Below are positions 31,087 to 40,978 of a stretch of 64,000 bases of DNA, piece after piece. Both the position numbers and the translations under genes were made by a program. The stretch is from Candidatus Zhuqueibacterota bacterium (lineage in GTDB: Bacteria; Zhuqueibacterota; Zhuqueibacteria; Thermofontimicrobiales; Thermofontimicrobiaceae), in contig JBMOPW010000034.1 in the NCBI GenBank assembly GCA_049322915.1, positions 584,567 through 648,566 on the forward strand. The letters run 5' to 3'. Positions within the stretch are counted from its first letter, which is position 1. Each line of letters begins with the position of its first letter. Under the pieces are notes generated by a model. That model ran no database searches, was not told the origin of the DNA, and worked only from the letters and a program-made list of their open reading frames with translations.

Positions 31087-33168
31087 ATGAAAATAACCAC
31101 TTTCACGAAAACAAAAACCACTGCGGGGATGCGCTCTTTCCTCGCGCTCGCACTGGCAATGACGCTGCTGATTTCCGATGTCCCGGCGCAGTCAGTCATT
31201 TTCAAGACGCCGCTCAGTCCGCGGATCGCCAATTATCAAATTGATGTCGCGCTGGATGCAGAAACGCGCACCCTCCAGGGAGAGGAAATCCTGACATGGC
31301 ACAATCACTCCCGGGACAGCATTACGGAGCTGCAATTTCACCTTTACCTGAACGCGTTTCGCAACGACCAATCCACGTACATGAAGGAGTCCGGCCAGCG
31401 GTTCAGGGATTCGCACATGTCAGAGGAAAACCTGGGCTTCATCGACATCATCCGCATTGTTCAGAGCGATAGCCAGGATGTGACAGCGCAACTGGAATTC
31501 ATCCACCCGGATGATGCCAATGAATTCGATAAAACGGTCGCGAGACTGCCCCTTGCTTCGCCTGTGAACCCCGGCGATTCCGTGGTCCTGACCATTGATT
31601 TCATCGCCAGGTTGCCGCAGCCGCCCATCGAGCGAACAGGGGCGTTTGATGAGTATTTCTTTGTGGCGCAATGGTTTCCCAAGATCGGCGTTTACCAGAA
31701 TGGAGCGTGGAACTGCCACCAATATCACAAAGATTCCGAGTTCTTTGCTGACTTCGGCGTCTACGACGTCCGCATCACGGCGCCGAGCAGGAGCATTGTT
31801 GCCGCCACCGGTCTCGAAATGAGCGCGCACAAGAATGGCAACGGCACCGCAACCCACGTCTACCATGCCGAAGATGTGCACGATTTTGCCTGGTGCACCA
31901 GTCCGGAATTTATCGAATTCACGGACACAGTTCAGGATGTGCGGATTCGGGCGTTGATGCAGCCAGACCATGCGGGACAGGGGCAGCGGCATCTGAGCGC
32001 GGTGCGGGTTGCCATCGAGTATTTCCAGGATTTGTACGGCGATTACCCCTATCCCAATCTGACCCTCATCGATCCCCATCGAAATGCCATGGCGACCGGC
32101 GGGATGGAATATCCGACGCTCATCACTGGCGGCACCAATTATTTCATGCCCGGCGGTATTCGGATGCCTGAGATGGTGATCATCCACGAATTCGGACATA
32201 ACTACTGGTACGGAATGGTGGCCTCAAATGAATTCGAGGAGGCCTGGCTGGACGAGGGCATCAATTCCTATTGCGAGCACCAGATCCTGCATGATTACTA
32301 CGGGCCGGACGGCGACATCATCAATTTCATGGGGCTTTGGTTGAACGACGTTCAGCTTCAGCGCGCCGGGTATATCTTTTCACCGGATCTCGACCCGATT
32401 GTGAGACCGGCCTGGCAATTCGTCTCCACCGGCAGCTACGGCGTTAATTCGTACCAGAAGCCGGCGCTGATGTTACTAACATTGCAGAATTACCTGGGTC
32501 CGGACATGATGAAAAAAATTATGCAGACCTATTTTGAGCGATGGAAGTTCAAACACCCGACCACCGGGGACTTTTTCGCGGTTGCCGAAGAAATCTACGG
32601 TCAGGACCTGGACTGGTTCTTCGACCAGGCCTTCTTTTCGAACAGGGTGTTGGATTATGCCGTCTCGACCATCGTCAGCCGCGAGATAAAACAGCCGTCA
32701 GGCTTTGACTTCAATTACCCGGCTCACGCTTCGACGGATTCTGGGGAAGCGCCGGACTCGCTGTCGTCTCTGCCAGTCGACGCAGCAAAGGATAGCGCTC
32801 AAACCAAAGAACGAGGCGGGAAGGAAACCGGCTATTCCAGCGAAGTCACTGTTCGCAGGTTGGGCGATTTCATTTTTCCGGTGACGATTGAACTGACATT
32901 TGCCAATGGTGAGAAAATGCGCCATGTGTGGGATGGCCAGAATACCTGGAAGCGATTCACCCACATCAGTTCCAGCCGATTGATCTCCGCCGAGATTGAC
33001 CCGGAGCGACGCGTCCCAATCGACGTGAATTTCACCAACAACAGTCGAACCCAGTCCCGCCCGGCCGGCAGTATTGTCAAATACACGCTCCAATTCATGA
33101 CGTGGATGCAGCTTTTCCTGGATTCGCCGGACGTGATGAACATGCTCCTCGGCTTCAGCGGGCAGTAG
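31087..33168 (+). CDS. M1 family zinc aminopeptidase, secreted
   Basis: GGMEYP, HEFGH-X18-E (AWLDEG), YQKP, WKFKHP; N-terminal signal-like segment. Start uncertain. Confidence 0.9.
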   Translation: MKITTFTKTKTTAGMRSFLALALAMTLLISDVPAQSVIFKTPLSPRIANYQIDVALDAETRTLQGEEILTWHNHSRDSITELQFHLYLNAFRNDQSTYMKESGQRFRDSHMSEENLGFIDIIRIVQSDSQDVTAQLEFIHPDDANEFDKTVARLPLASPVNPGDSVVLTIDFIARLPQPPIERTGAFDEYFFVAQWFPKIGVYQNGAWNCHQYHKDSEFFADFGVYDVRITAPSRSIVAATGLEMSAHKNGNGTATHVYHAEDVHDFAWCTSPEFIEFTDTVQDVRIRALMQPDHAGQGQRHLSAVRVAIEYFQDLYGDYPYPNLTLIDPHRNAMATGGMEYPTLITGGTNYFMPGGIRMPEMVIIHEFGHNYWYGMVASNEFEEAWLDEGINSYCEHQILHDYYGPDGDIINFMGLWLNDVQLQRAGYIFSPDLDPIVRPAWQFVSTGSYGVNSYQKPALMLLTLQNYLGPDMMKKIMQTYFERWKFKHPTTGDFFAVAEEIYGQDLDWFFDQAFFSNRVLDYAVSTIVSREIKQPSGFDFNYPAHASTDSGEAPDSLSSLPVDAAKDSAQTKERGGKETGYSSEVTVRRLGDFIFPVTIELTFANGEKMRHVWDGQNTWKRFTHISSSRLISAEIDPERRVPIDVNFTNNSRTQSRPAGSIVKYTLQFMTWMQLFLDSPDVMNMLLGFSGQ

Positions 33169-33190
33169 AATTATCTCACAGGTGGAACCC

Positions 33191-34105
33191 ATGATTTTTC
33201 AATCGATTCAAAGCGGATTTCGGCAGGCCTGGGCTTACAAAAAAATTGCATTGATCTTCTTCCTCACCAATGCACTGTTCGCCGCGATCATCGCGTTCTT
33301 CTTTCAGGAATCACTGAGCGCATTTTTGGGCAGCAGCCTTGCCGGAGGAAGAATTTTCAAATCGCCGGATATGGACATTGTCTTCGAGTTTCTGAAATAC
33401 AAAGGCGATTCCATCCGAACGATCTTTCTGCTGGCGGCTGTCATCTCTGTGCTGAACCGCCTGGCAATGCTGTATCTGTCCGGCGGCGCTCTGGCGATTC
33501 TGGACAGCGACCAACCATTTACCGGGGAGAGATTCTGGACAGGCTCTGCTCGCTATTTCGGTCGATTCCTTCGATTGGCAGGACTGGCGTTGCCGCTTTT
33601 GATCCTGTTATTCCTGGTTCCTTACGTCTACTCATGGATCGAACGGCTGGTATTTGGAGAGAATCCATTGCAGCATATCACCTTCTGGGGCGGTTGGATC
33701 AAAACAGGACTTCGCTATGGCATCCTTCTCCTCTGGGCGATGCTGCTGGATTACGGCCGCATTTTCACGGTACTCACCGAAGAGAACACGATGAGAATTG
33801 CCCTATCCACCAGCCTGGATTTCATTTTCAAAAATTTTATCGTCGCTTTTCTCATTGCGCTGATCATGGCGCTGATCCGAACCGGCGCTCTGGCTGGCTA
33901 CGCGCTGGTAAGCTATTTTGCTCCCCCGACGACACTGGTTTTCGTCGTGGCGCTCTGGTGTTTGCAACAAGGCTATTTCCTGCTGAGCGCGTTTTTGAAA
34001 GTTGCGCTGTACGCAAGTCAGATGCATTTTTTCACCGCGCGATATGTCAAACCCGAGCCGGTCATTCGCGTCAGCGATACGAGCGAAACGCATTTTGACA
34101 CATAA
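33191..34105 (+). CDS. Polytopic membrane protein, function unknown
   Basis: About six hydrophobic segments, RYFGRFLRL; directly follows the M1 peptidase. Confidence 0.75.
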   Translation: MIFQSIQSGFRQAWAYKKIALIFFLTNALFAAIIAFFFQESLSAFLGSSLAGGRIFKSPDMDIVFEFLKYKGDSIRTIFLLAAVISVLNRLAMLYLSGGALAILDSDQPFTGERFWTGSARYFGRFLRLAGLALPLLILLFLVPYVYSWIERLVFGENPLQHITFWGGWIKTGLRYGILLLWAMLLDYGRIFTVLTEENTMRIALSTSLDFIFKNFIVAFLIALIMALIRTGALAGYALVSYFAPPTTLVFVVALWCLQQGYFLLSAFLKVALYASQMHFFTARYVKPEPVIRVSDTSETHFDT

Positions 34106-34150
34106 AAAATTCACGATGGTTTTTTAAAATGAATTGAAAAAGGAACAGGT

Positions 34151-35527
34151 ATGCCCAGGATTTTACTGAAGAGCTGTTTGCAGGTCGTAACAATGAATGC
34201 GCGCCGGGAGCGTTTCAGCCATGCCGATGTGCTGATTGAGGACAACATCATTAAAGCGATTGGTACCGAGATCACCGAAAAATGCGAGCGCGTTATCCCA
34301 TGCGACTCGAAACTGGTGATACCCGGACTGGTGAATTCGCATCATCATTTGTGCCAGACATTGACCCGAAATATTCCCGCAGTTCAAAATGCAAAGCTAT
34401 TCAATTGGCTCACGACGCTGTACGAAATCTGGAAATTTTTCGATGAAAAAGCAATCTATTATTCGACGCTCCTCGGCTGCGGGGAATTATTGAAGACCGG
34501 CTGCACAACGACCACAGACCACCATTACCTGTACCCCCAGGGGATGGAAGCCGATATTCCTTCCATTCAATTCGAAGCGGCCGGGACGCTCGGCATTCGT
34601 TTCTGCCCGACGCGCGGTTCCATGTCGCGGAGCAAACGCGATGGCGGTCTTCCTCCGGACAGCGTTGTTCAATCCGATGATGTCATTTTGAAGCACAGCG
34701 AGGAAGTGATTCAAAAATTTCACGATCCATCGCCGCTGTCCATGAGGCAAGTGCACCTGGGTCCGTGCGCGCCGTTCAATGTCACGCCGGAGCTGATGAA
34801 ACAGACGTCGCAGTTAGCCCGAAAATACCATGTCCGCCTGCATACGCATCTGGCTGAGACGATTGACGAAGATGAATATTGCAAACAGATGTATGGCAAG
34901 CGGCCGCTCGCTTTTTTGGAGGAGTTGGATTGGCTTGGCCCTGACGTCTGGTACGCCCATGGCATTCATTTCAATGATGCGGAACTGGATTTATTGGCCA
35001 GCACCGGGACCGGAGTTGCGCACTGCCCGACATCCAACATGCGGCTTGGCTCCGGCATTGCGCGCGTGCCGGAAATGTTGCGCCGCGGAATTCCGGTGGG
35101 TCTGGCCGTGGACGGTTCCGCGTCCAACGACAGTTCCGACATGATCGGTGAAATGCGGCAGGCGCTGCTGCTTCATCGCGTCAATTCCGGGGCTGACGCC
35201 ATCACTGCCAATCAGGTTCTGGAAATGGCGACGATCGGCTCCAGCCGACTGCTGGGCCGCGATGATATCGGTTCCATCGAAATCGGCAAGGCCGCCGACA
35301 TCGCTATTTTCAATCTCAACAAACTGGAATATACCGGCGCTCTGTCCGACCCGCTGGCTGCCCTCGTTTTTTCCGGCATCTGCCATCTCGTCGATACGAC
35401 TATTGTCAACGGCAGGATTGTGGTGGAGGAAGGCCGCCTCGTTCATTTCGATGAAGATGAAATCATTCAGCAGGGCAACCAGTGCACAGCAACCATGCTG
35501 AAAAAAGCCGCTGACCATGCGCACTGA
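34151..35527 (+). CDS. Amidohydrolase, 8-oxoguanine deaminase/AtzB-like
   Basis: PGLVNSHHH, CTTTTDHHY, RGSMS..DGGLPPD, HTHLAET, HCPTSN, VDGSASND. Confidence 0.85.
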   Translation: MPRILLKSCLQVVTMNARRERFSHADVLIEDNIIKAIGTEITEKCERVIPCDSKLVIPGLVNSHHHLCQTLTRNIPAVQNAKLFNWLTTLYEIWKFFDEKAIYYSTLLGCGELLKTGCTTTTDHHYLYPQGMEADIPSIQFEAAGTLGIRFCPTRGSMSRSKRDGGLPPDSVVQSDDVILKHSEEVIQKFHDPSPLSMRQVHLGPCAPFNVTPELMKQTSQLARKYHVRLHTHLAETIDEDEYCKQMYGKRPLAFLEELDWLGPDVWYAHGIHFNDAELDLLASTGTGVAHCPTSNMRLGSGIARVPEMLRRGIPVGLAVDGSASNDSSDMIGEMRQALLLHRVNSGADAITANQVLEMATIGSSRLLGRDDIGSIEIGKAADIAIFNLNKLEYTGALSDPLAALVFSGICHLVDTTIVNGRIVVEEGRLVHFDEDEIIQQGNQCTATMLKKAADHAH

Positions 35528-35544
35528 TAATTGAGGAGAACAAC

Positions 35545-36768
35545 GTGGAATCCAATCCGAATTGGTTCATCGTGTTTGCTGCTTTTGGCGCGGGTATATT
35601 TATTGGACTCGCCATCGCCGCTCTGTTCAAAATCTTTCAGAGTAAGTCAGGCAAGGAACTTGCCAACGAATTGTTTCGCGAGAGCGAGCAACTCCGGCAG
35701 GCGAATCTCAATGCCATCCTGGAAAATATCAAGATGAGTTTCGGCCATCTGTCGCTGGATGCGCTCTCAAAATCCACCGAGGAATTTTTGAAACTGGCCA
35801 AAGCGCGACTGGATGTGGAACGCGAAGCGAGCGTTCGCGAAATGGATAAGAAGAAAAGCCTGATCGATGTGCAATTGCAGCGCATGACCACGGAACTCGA
35901 TAATGTCTCCAATCTGATGAAGGCTCTGGAACGGGATCGCGCTCAGAAGTACGGGGAGTTGACGCATCAATTGAAAGCCGCAGGGGATCAGACCTCCGAA
36001 CTGATCAAGCTGACCAGCACATTAAAAGACGCGCTGGCCAATACCAAAGCCAGGGGACAGTGGGGCGAGCGCATGGCCGAGGACGTGTTGCGCCTCGCCG
36101 GGTTCATTGAAAATGTCAATTATTTCAAGCAGAAATCCCTGGACTCGAACCAGTCCCGGCCGGATTTCACCTTCCTTCTTCCCCGCGATCTCAAGCTGAA
36201 TATGGATGTCAAATTTCCGCTGAACAATTATTTGAGATACCTTGAGTCCGGGAGTGAAATTGAAAAAGCGAAATACAAGTCGGATTTTCTCAGAGATGTC
36301 AAAGCGAGAATTCGAGAAGTGACCACCCGCGAATACATCAACCCGGAATTCAACACAGTGGATTATGTGCTGCTGTTCATCCCCAACGAGCATATTTATA
36401 CATTCATTCACGAACACGACAACACCCTGCTGGATGAGGCCATCCGCAACCGGGTTGTGTTCAGTTCGCCCATCACCCTGTACGCCATCCTTGCGGTCAT
36501 CCGACAGGCGGTCGATAATTTTGCACTGGAACGGACTTCCAACGAGATTCTGTCATTGTTCGGCGCGTTCAAAAAACAGTGGATCGAGTTCATGAGCAAA
36601 CTGGAACAGCTTGGTAAACGGATAAACGACGCGCAGAAAGAGTACGAGTCGTTGTCGACGACGCGCAAACGGCAACTGGAAAAGCCTCTCAACCAGATCG
36701 ATGCGCTGCGTTCCCAGCGGGGTTTGCCGATTGCAATCATTCCGGAAAGTGAAAGCGGGGAAAAATAA
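35545..36768 (+). CDS. rmuC: DNA recombination protein RmuC
   Basis: N-terminal TM helix, coiled coil, RGQWGE, RPD...MDVKFP, LFIPNE. Confidence 0.92.
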   Translation: MESNPNWFIVFAAFGAGIFIGLAIAALFKIFQSKSGKELANELFRESEQLRQANLNAILENIKMSFGHLSLDALSKSTEEFLKLAKARLDVEREASVREMDKKKSLIDVQLQRMTTELDNVSNLMKALERDRAQKYGELTHQLKAAGDQTSELIKLTSTLKDALANTKARGQWGERMAEDVLRLAGFIENVNYFKQKSLDSNQSRPDFTFLLPRDLKLNMDVKFPLNNYLRYLESGSEIEKAKYKSDFLRDVKARIREVTTREYINPEFNTVDYVLLFIPNEHIYTFIHEHDNTLLDEAIRNRVVFSSPITLYAILAVIRQAVDNFALERTSNEILSLFGAFKKQWIEFMSKLEQLGKRINDAQKEYESLSTTRKRQLEKPLNQIDALRSQRGLPIAIIPESESGEK

Positions 36769-36799
36769 AAAACCCCCTGCTGTGCGTCAGGGGGTTTTT
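36767..36799. terminator. Bidirectional rho-independent terminator
   Basis: aaaaaaccccctg-ctgtgcgt-cagggggttttt between convergent genes. Confidence 0.85.
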
Positions 36800-36855
36800 G
36801 TGTGCGAAACCTTTCAGGAGGTTTGTGTGATCTTTTTAGTGCGTGAAACCAGAGG

Positions 36856-37254
36856 CTACTTTTTCGCTAACTGAGCCCCTTCCATCTCGTAAACCATCGC
36901 TGTGACAACGCGTCTCACGGTTTTATTCTTGTCGTTTGCAGCGACCTTTTTCAGCAGGGGAAGCACGGATTCATCGCCGATTTTATAGAGCGACATGGCC
37001 GCTACGATTCTGGCGCTTGAATTCTTCTCGCTTTTCAGCATCCTGGTCAATGGTTCAATCGCCTCTTTCACTTTTCTCTCTCCGAGCAATTGCGCAGCGC
37101 TGGAACGAATGCCGACATTTTCATCGCTCAATGACTTGATCAAATATTTGTCGTATTTTTCCCCATCCGCTTGCTGAGCAAAAAGGCCGGTTGCCAAAAC
37201 TGACAGCATCAAAACGACTGCCATCGCCATACTGATTCTTGTCATGTGTTTCAT
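36856..37254 (-). CDS. Secreted HEAT-repeat protein
   Basis: GGAGG RBS, signal peptide ending LFA-QQ, HEAT/PBS repeats (IRSSAAQLLG, ARIVAAMSLYKIG). Confidence 0.8.
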   Translation of the reverse strand: MKHMTRISMAMAVVLMLSVLATGLFAQQADGEKYDKYLIKSLSDENVGIRSSAAQLLGERKVKEAIEPLTRMLKSEKNSSARIVAAMSLYKIGDESVLPLLKKVAANDKNKTVRRVVTAMVYEMEGAQLAKK

Positions 37255-37314
37255 GGTTTGTACCTCCGTCGTTAATAAGTTTGTTGCGATCGTTGTCCTT
37301 CTCACCTATCAACA

Positions 37315-37330
37315 TACAATCATTATGCCA
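37315..37330 (-). promoter_or_regulatory. Putative sigma-54 promoter (variant -12 element)
   Basis: Minus strand TGGCATAATGATTGTA = GG-N10-GT, ~60 bp upstream of the HEAT gene; IHF-like TTTCAACGAGTTA at 37381-37393. Confidence 0.55.
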
Positions 37331-37686
37331 TAATTTAATGCATGTGCTTCAGTAATCCAATCATCGTTATTTCGCATGTATTTCAACGAGTTAGTCTCTA
37401 ACGTTTTTGCTACATTATAATTTTCCTTCCTGGTACGTGAAGTTACACCTGGAACCTTTCCCCCACCAATGGTACCTTTCGTTCCAAAGTTCCGAACCAG
37501 GTTTTCACTCCTCAGAACAATGATTTTCCAGGCGAAAGTGAAATGGATGCTGCAAGGGATGGGTGAAATGGGAGATGAATTGGAGCATGTTTGTGGACAA
37601 CGTATTGTGAAACAAGGGTATGGTTGCAGGGTACTTCGCGTATTAACCGCGCTGCCGCACCCCTGAAGTTCGTGATCAGTCGATCA

Positions 37687-39210
37687 TCAGGAAAGACCGT
37701 AGCGCTGCATTTTCTCGCGGAGAGTTTTGCGGGCGATCCCCAGAATCCGCGCGGCCTGGGATTTATTGTAATTCACCTGTTTGATGACGCGCTCGATATG
37801 CTCTTTTTCAAGTTCTTCCAAAGTGCCATTGCTATCTTGCGCGACGACCATCGGTATTTTCGAGGACAGACCCGGCAGAAAATCGAGGGCTAATTCATCC
37901 GACTGCTCCATGATCACCGCCCGTTCAATCAGGTTCTGAAATTCCCGAACGTTGCCGGGAAACTGGTATTCCATCAGTTGGTTCATGGCGTAATCGCTGA
38001 TCTTTTTGATTTGCTTGCAGTAGATGTCGATGTATTTTTTGAAGAAATATTCCGCCAACAGAGGGATATCTTCCTTCCGTTCCCGCAGCGGTGGAATATG
38101 GATTTGCATCACGTTGATCCGATAATACAAATCTTCGCGAAAGGTACCTTTTTTGATCTCATCGGACAGATCTTTATTTGTCGCGGCAATAACGCGCACA
38201 TCTGATTTCAGGGTTCTGTTGCCGCCAATGCGCTGAAAAGTCCCCTCCTGAAGCACGCGCAGCAGTTTCGACTGGGTCGTCAGGCTCATGTCGCCGATTT
38301 CATCCAGAAACAGCGTCGCTCCATCGGCAAATTCGAACTTGCCGATTTTCTGGCTGTGCGCGCCGGTGAACGCGCCCTTCTCGTGGCCAAATAGTTCGCT
38401 CTCCACCAGGTTCTCCGGCAGGGCGGCGCAATTCATGGTGATCAATGGTTTATCTTTTCGGAGCGATTTTTCGTGCAGGTCTCTGGCGACTAGTTCCTTT
38501 CCGGTTCCGCTTTCGCCGGTGATCAGGACAGTCACATCTTTGCCCGCGACACGATCGATCAGATTCCGGATTTTCTGCATCGCCGGCGAGCGGCCAATCA
38601 TCTCCGACCCTTCGACGCGGCGCCGGATTCGGATTTTCGGCGGCACAGACGTTGCCTTCTCTTCACTGCCAGGCATTGTTCTGGCGGAGAGGGTCTCATT
38701 CGCGCGCAGGCATTTTTCGATGGCAATGCTGGAGATGTTGACAAATATCCGCAGCAGTGTGATATCCTCATTGGAGTATTCTGTGCCATCCGATTTTTTG
38801 CCGATGTTCAAAATTCCAAGCAGCCGGCCTAACACGAAAATCGGGATTCGCAATTCGCAGTAGAAGTATTTCGCTTCGTCCTCATCAAAAACAATGAGAA
38901 ACTTGCTCATACCCTGTTCGGTGAGGGCAAATACTTCCCCGCCTTCATAAATCCACTTTTCCACATTCTCGGTCAGCTCGATCCTGGGCGGTTTATAATG
39001 ATCCGCCTTAAATCCCCGCACCTTCATCAGCTTCAAATTTTTGGCATCAAAATCGAACATCATGAGGGATGCCTGATTGCATCCTATGGTTTCGCTCACC
39101 GCATCGAGGATGTAATCCAGCGCTTTTTCGCAATCCCGGATTGGGACAAGCTCTTCGCTGAACCGCGCTAAATTTAACAGGATGGTTGTATGTGAATTTT
39201 GATCGGTCAT
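37687..39210 (-). CDS. Sigma-54-dependent transcriptional activator (GAF-AAA-Fis HTH)
   Basis: N-terminal [49 protein letters not shown]. Confidence 0.95.
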   Translation of the reverse strand: MTDQNSHTTILLNLARFSEELVPIRDCEKALDYILDAVSETIGCNQASLMMFDFDAKNLKLMKVRGFKADHYKPPRIELTENVEKWIYEGGEVFALTEQGMSKFLIVFDEDEAKYFYCELRIPIFVLGRLLGILNIGKKSDGTEYSNEDITLLRIFVNISSIAIEKCLRANETLSARTMPGSEEKATSVPPKIRIRRRVEGSEMIGRSPAMQKIRNLIDRVAGKDVTVLITGESGTGKELVARDLHEKSLRKDKPLITMNCAALPENLVESELFGHEKGAFTGAHSQKIGKFEFADGATLFLDEIGDMSLTTQSKLLRVLQEGTFQRIGGNRTLKSDVRVIAATNKDLSDEIKKGTFREDLYYRINVMQIHIPPLRERKEDIPLLAEYFFKKYIDIYCKQIKKISDYAMNQLMEYQFPGNVREFQNLIERAVIMEQSDELALDFLPGLSSKIPMVVAQDSNGTLEELEKEHIERVIKQVNYNKSQAARILGIARKTLREKMQRYGLS

Positions 39211-39328
39211 GTCAGCAATGTATACTTTGAGGATTCATAAAAGTTGCAACATAATCTATACTTTAACACAACTGGATCAAAATTATTCTGCTTACTGAAG
39301 ACAGCTTTCAGGTCGGCTTCCGGCTCGC

Positions 39329-40267
39329 TCATTTCATGACACCGCTTCGGCTCATGATGACGTTCAGGGCCAGCGTGAGCAATTTTGCGTCCGCAGTATC
39401 CGAACGGGAGGGAATGAGGACCGGCGCCCGGGCGCCCATGGTAGCGTGGGCCAACCGCAGGCCGGAGAAGTACGTCGTGCCTTTCGCGGCGATATTGGCG
39501 GATTCGATATTGGGGAAAAGCAGGATGTCCGCTCGGCCGGCGACCGGGGATTTGATGCCTTTTTGCGCGGCCGATTCTTCGGATATGGCATTGTCCAGCG
39601 CCAGCGGACCGTCCACAATGCAGCCGGTAATTTGTCCGCGCTCGTTCATTTTGGACAGAATCGCCGCATCGACTGTGGATGGCAGATTGGGATTGACTGT
39701 CTCCACGGCCGACAAAACCGCGACTCTGGGATTATCGTTGCCCAATGCATGAGCCACCTGAATGGCGTTTTCGAGTATCTGAATTTTCTGCTCCAGATTC
39801 GGAGCGAGATTGAATCCGCCATCGGTGATGATCAGCAGCTTATTTTCACTTTTCCGCTCCGGCCACTCGAAGAGGAACGCATCGCTGATGAGTCTGCCGG
39901 TGCGCAGGCCATGATCGGCATCCAGTATCGCTTTCAACAGCGTGGCTGTCTTCACTTTTCCTTTCAGGATGATTTCCGCATTCCCGTCATGTATTTGCTG
40001 CACAGTCCGGTAGCAGATATCCTTCTCCCCGGCTGCATCGACGATGGTGAACTGCACAGGATCGATCTCCAGCGACTCCATCGCTGCGATGATCTGAGCG
40101 CGGTCGCCCACAAGCAATCCATCCGCCATATCCATTTTTTTAGCGAGCGCTAACGCCTCCAGGGCAGCGCTATCATTCCCGGCCGCGACCACAACGCGCA
40201 CAGGTCGCGCCTGACTTATGCTCTGTTTCTGAGCATGCTCTATCAATTGATCAAAATTACAAATCAT
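39329..40267 (-). CDS. ptb: Phosphate butyryltransferase / phosphate acyltransferase
   Basis: VAVLSAVE, VDGPLALDNA, SPVAGRADIL, SRSD. Confidence 0.85.
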   Translation of the reverse strand: MICNFDQLIEHAQKQSISQARPVRVVVAAGNDSAALEALALAKKMDMADGLLVGDRAQIIAAMESLEIDPVQFTIVDAAGEKDICYRTVQQIHDGNAEIILKGKVKTATLLKAILDADHGLRTGRLISDAFLFEWPERKSENKLLIITDGGFNLAPNLEQKIQILENAIQVAHALGNDNPRVAVLSAVETVNPNLPSTVDAAILSKMNERGQITGCIVDGPLALDNAISEESAAQKGIKSPVAGRADILLFPNIESANIAAKGTTYFSGLRLAHATMGARAPVLIPSRSDTADAKLLTLALNVIMSRSGVMK

Positions 40268-40312
40268 AGGGTCTCCACAATCATTATTCGTCCTGCGTCA
40301 ACAATGCAAAAA

Positions 40313-40912
40313 TTAACTTGCCTTCCCGGCCTCGAACGCCTTGCGGTTCAATTCCAAAAACTTTGGTGGAACGCGCTGCTCGATGGCTTTCATCCAATGC
40401 TCCTCATCGAATTGAAGAAAATTGGACAATGCGCCCAACATCACGGAATTCAGCATGCGCGGATTTTTCAATTCCTCGGTAATGCGCAGACCATTCACGG
40501 CAATGATGTGCTCCGCCCGTTTTTTGCAAATCATCTCCACATCGCCCGGGTAGGCGATATTGGAAAAGAAAACTGACAGCGGCGTAATCTGCTGGTCGTT
40601 ATAAATGACAACCCCGCCCGGTTTGAGATAGTCGAGATAACGAATGGCTTCCAGTTTTTCGAACGCCAGAATGATATCAGCGTTGCCAGTCTTTATCAGC
40701 GGCGAAAAGATTTTTTTGCCAAATCGAATCTGACTGACCACGCTTCCGCCGCGCTGAGCCATGCCATGCACCTCGCTCTTCTTCGCATCCAGATCCGCCA
40801 GCATTGCAGCCAAAACCAGGACATCGCTCGCGACCAGCACGCCCTGCCCGCCCACGCCGCTCATGACAACATTAATGACAGTCGTTACTTCCGATATTTT
40901 TAAATTCACCAT
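40313..40912 (-). CDS. iorB: Indolepyruvate ferredoxin oxidoreductase beta subunit
   Basis: GVGGQG, SEVHGMAQRGGSV, FSPLI, LNRKAF. Confidence 0.92.
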   Translation of the reverse strand: MVNLKISEVTTVINVVMSGVGGQGVLVASDVLVLAAMLADLDAKKSEVHGMAQRGGSVVSQIRFGKKIFSPLIKTGNADIILAFEKLEAIRYLDYLKPGGVVIYNDQQITPLSVFFSNIAYPGDVEMICKKRAEHIIAVNGLRITEELKNPRMLNSVMLGALSNFLQFDEEHWMKAIEQRVPPKFLELNRKAFEAGKAS

Positions 40913-40978
40913 ATAGTATTCCTTTTGCATAAAATCCAAAATGGGGTTCACTTCGCCCCGGAGCCGCGGAGCATCGAA

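Noticed and set aside
30846..31232. 128-aa minus ORF as a possible transposase or cargo of the nested element
   Set aside because: No transposase motifs; it runs across the repeat arms and overlaps the M1 peptidase start.
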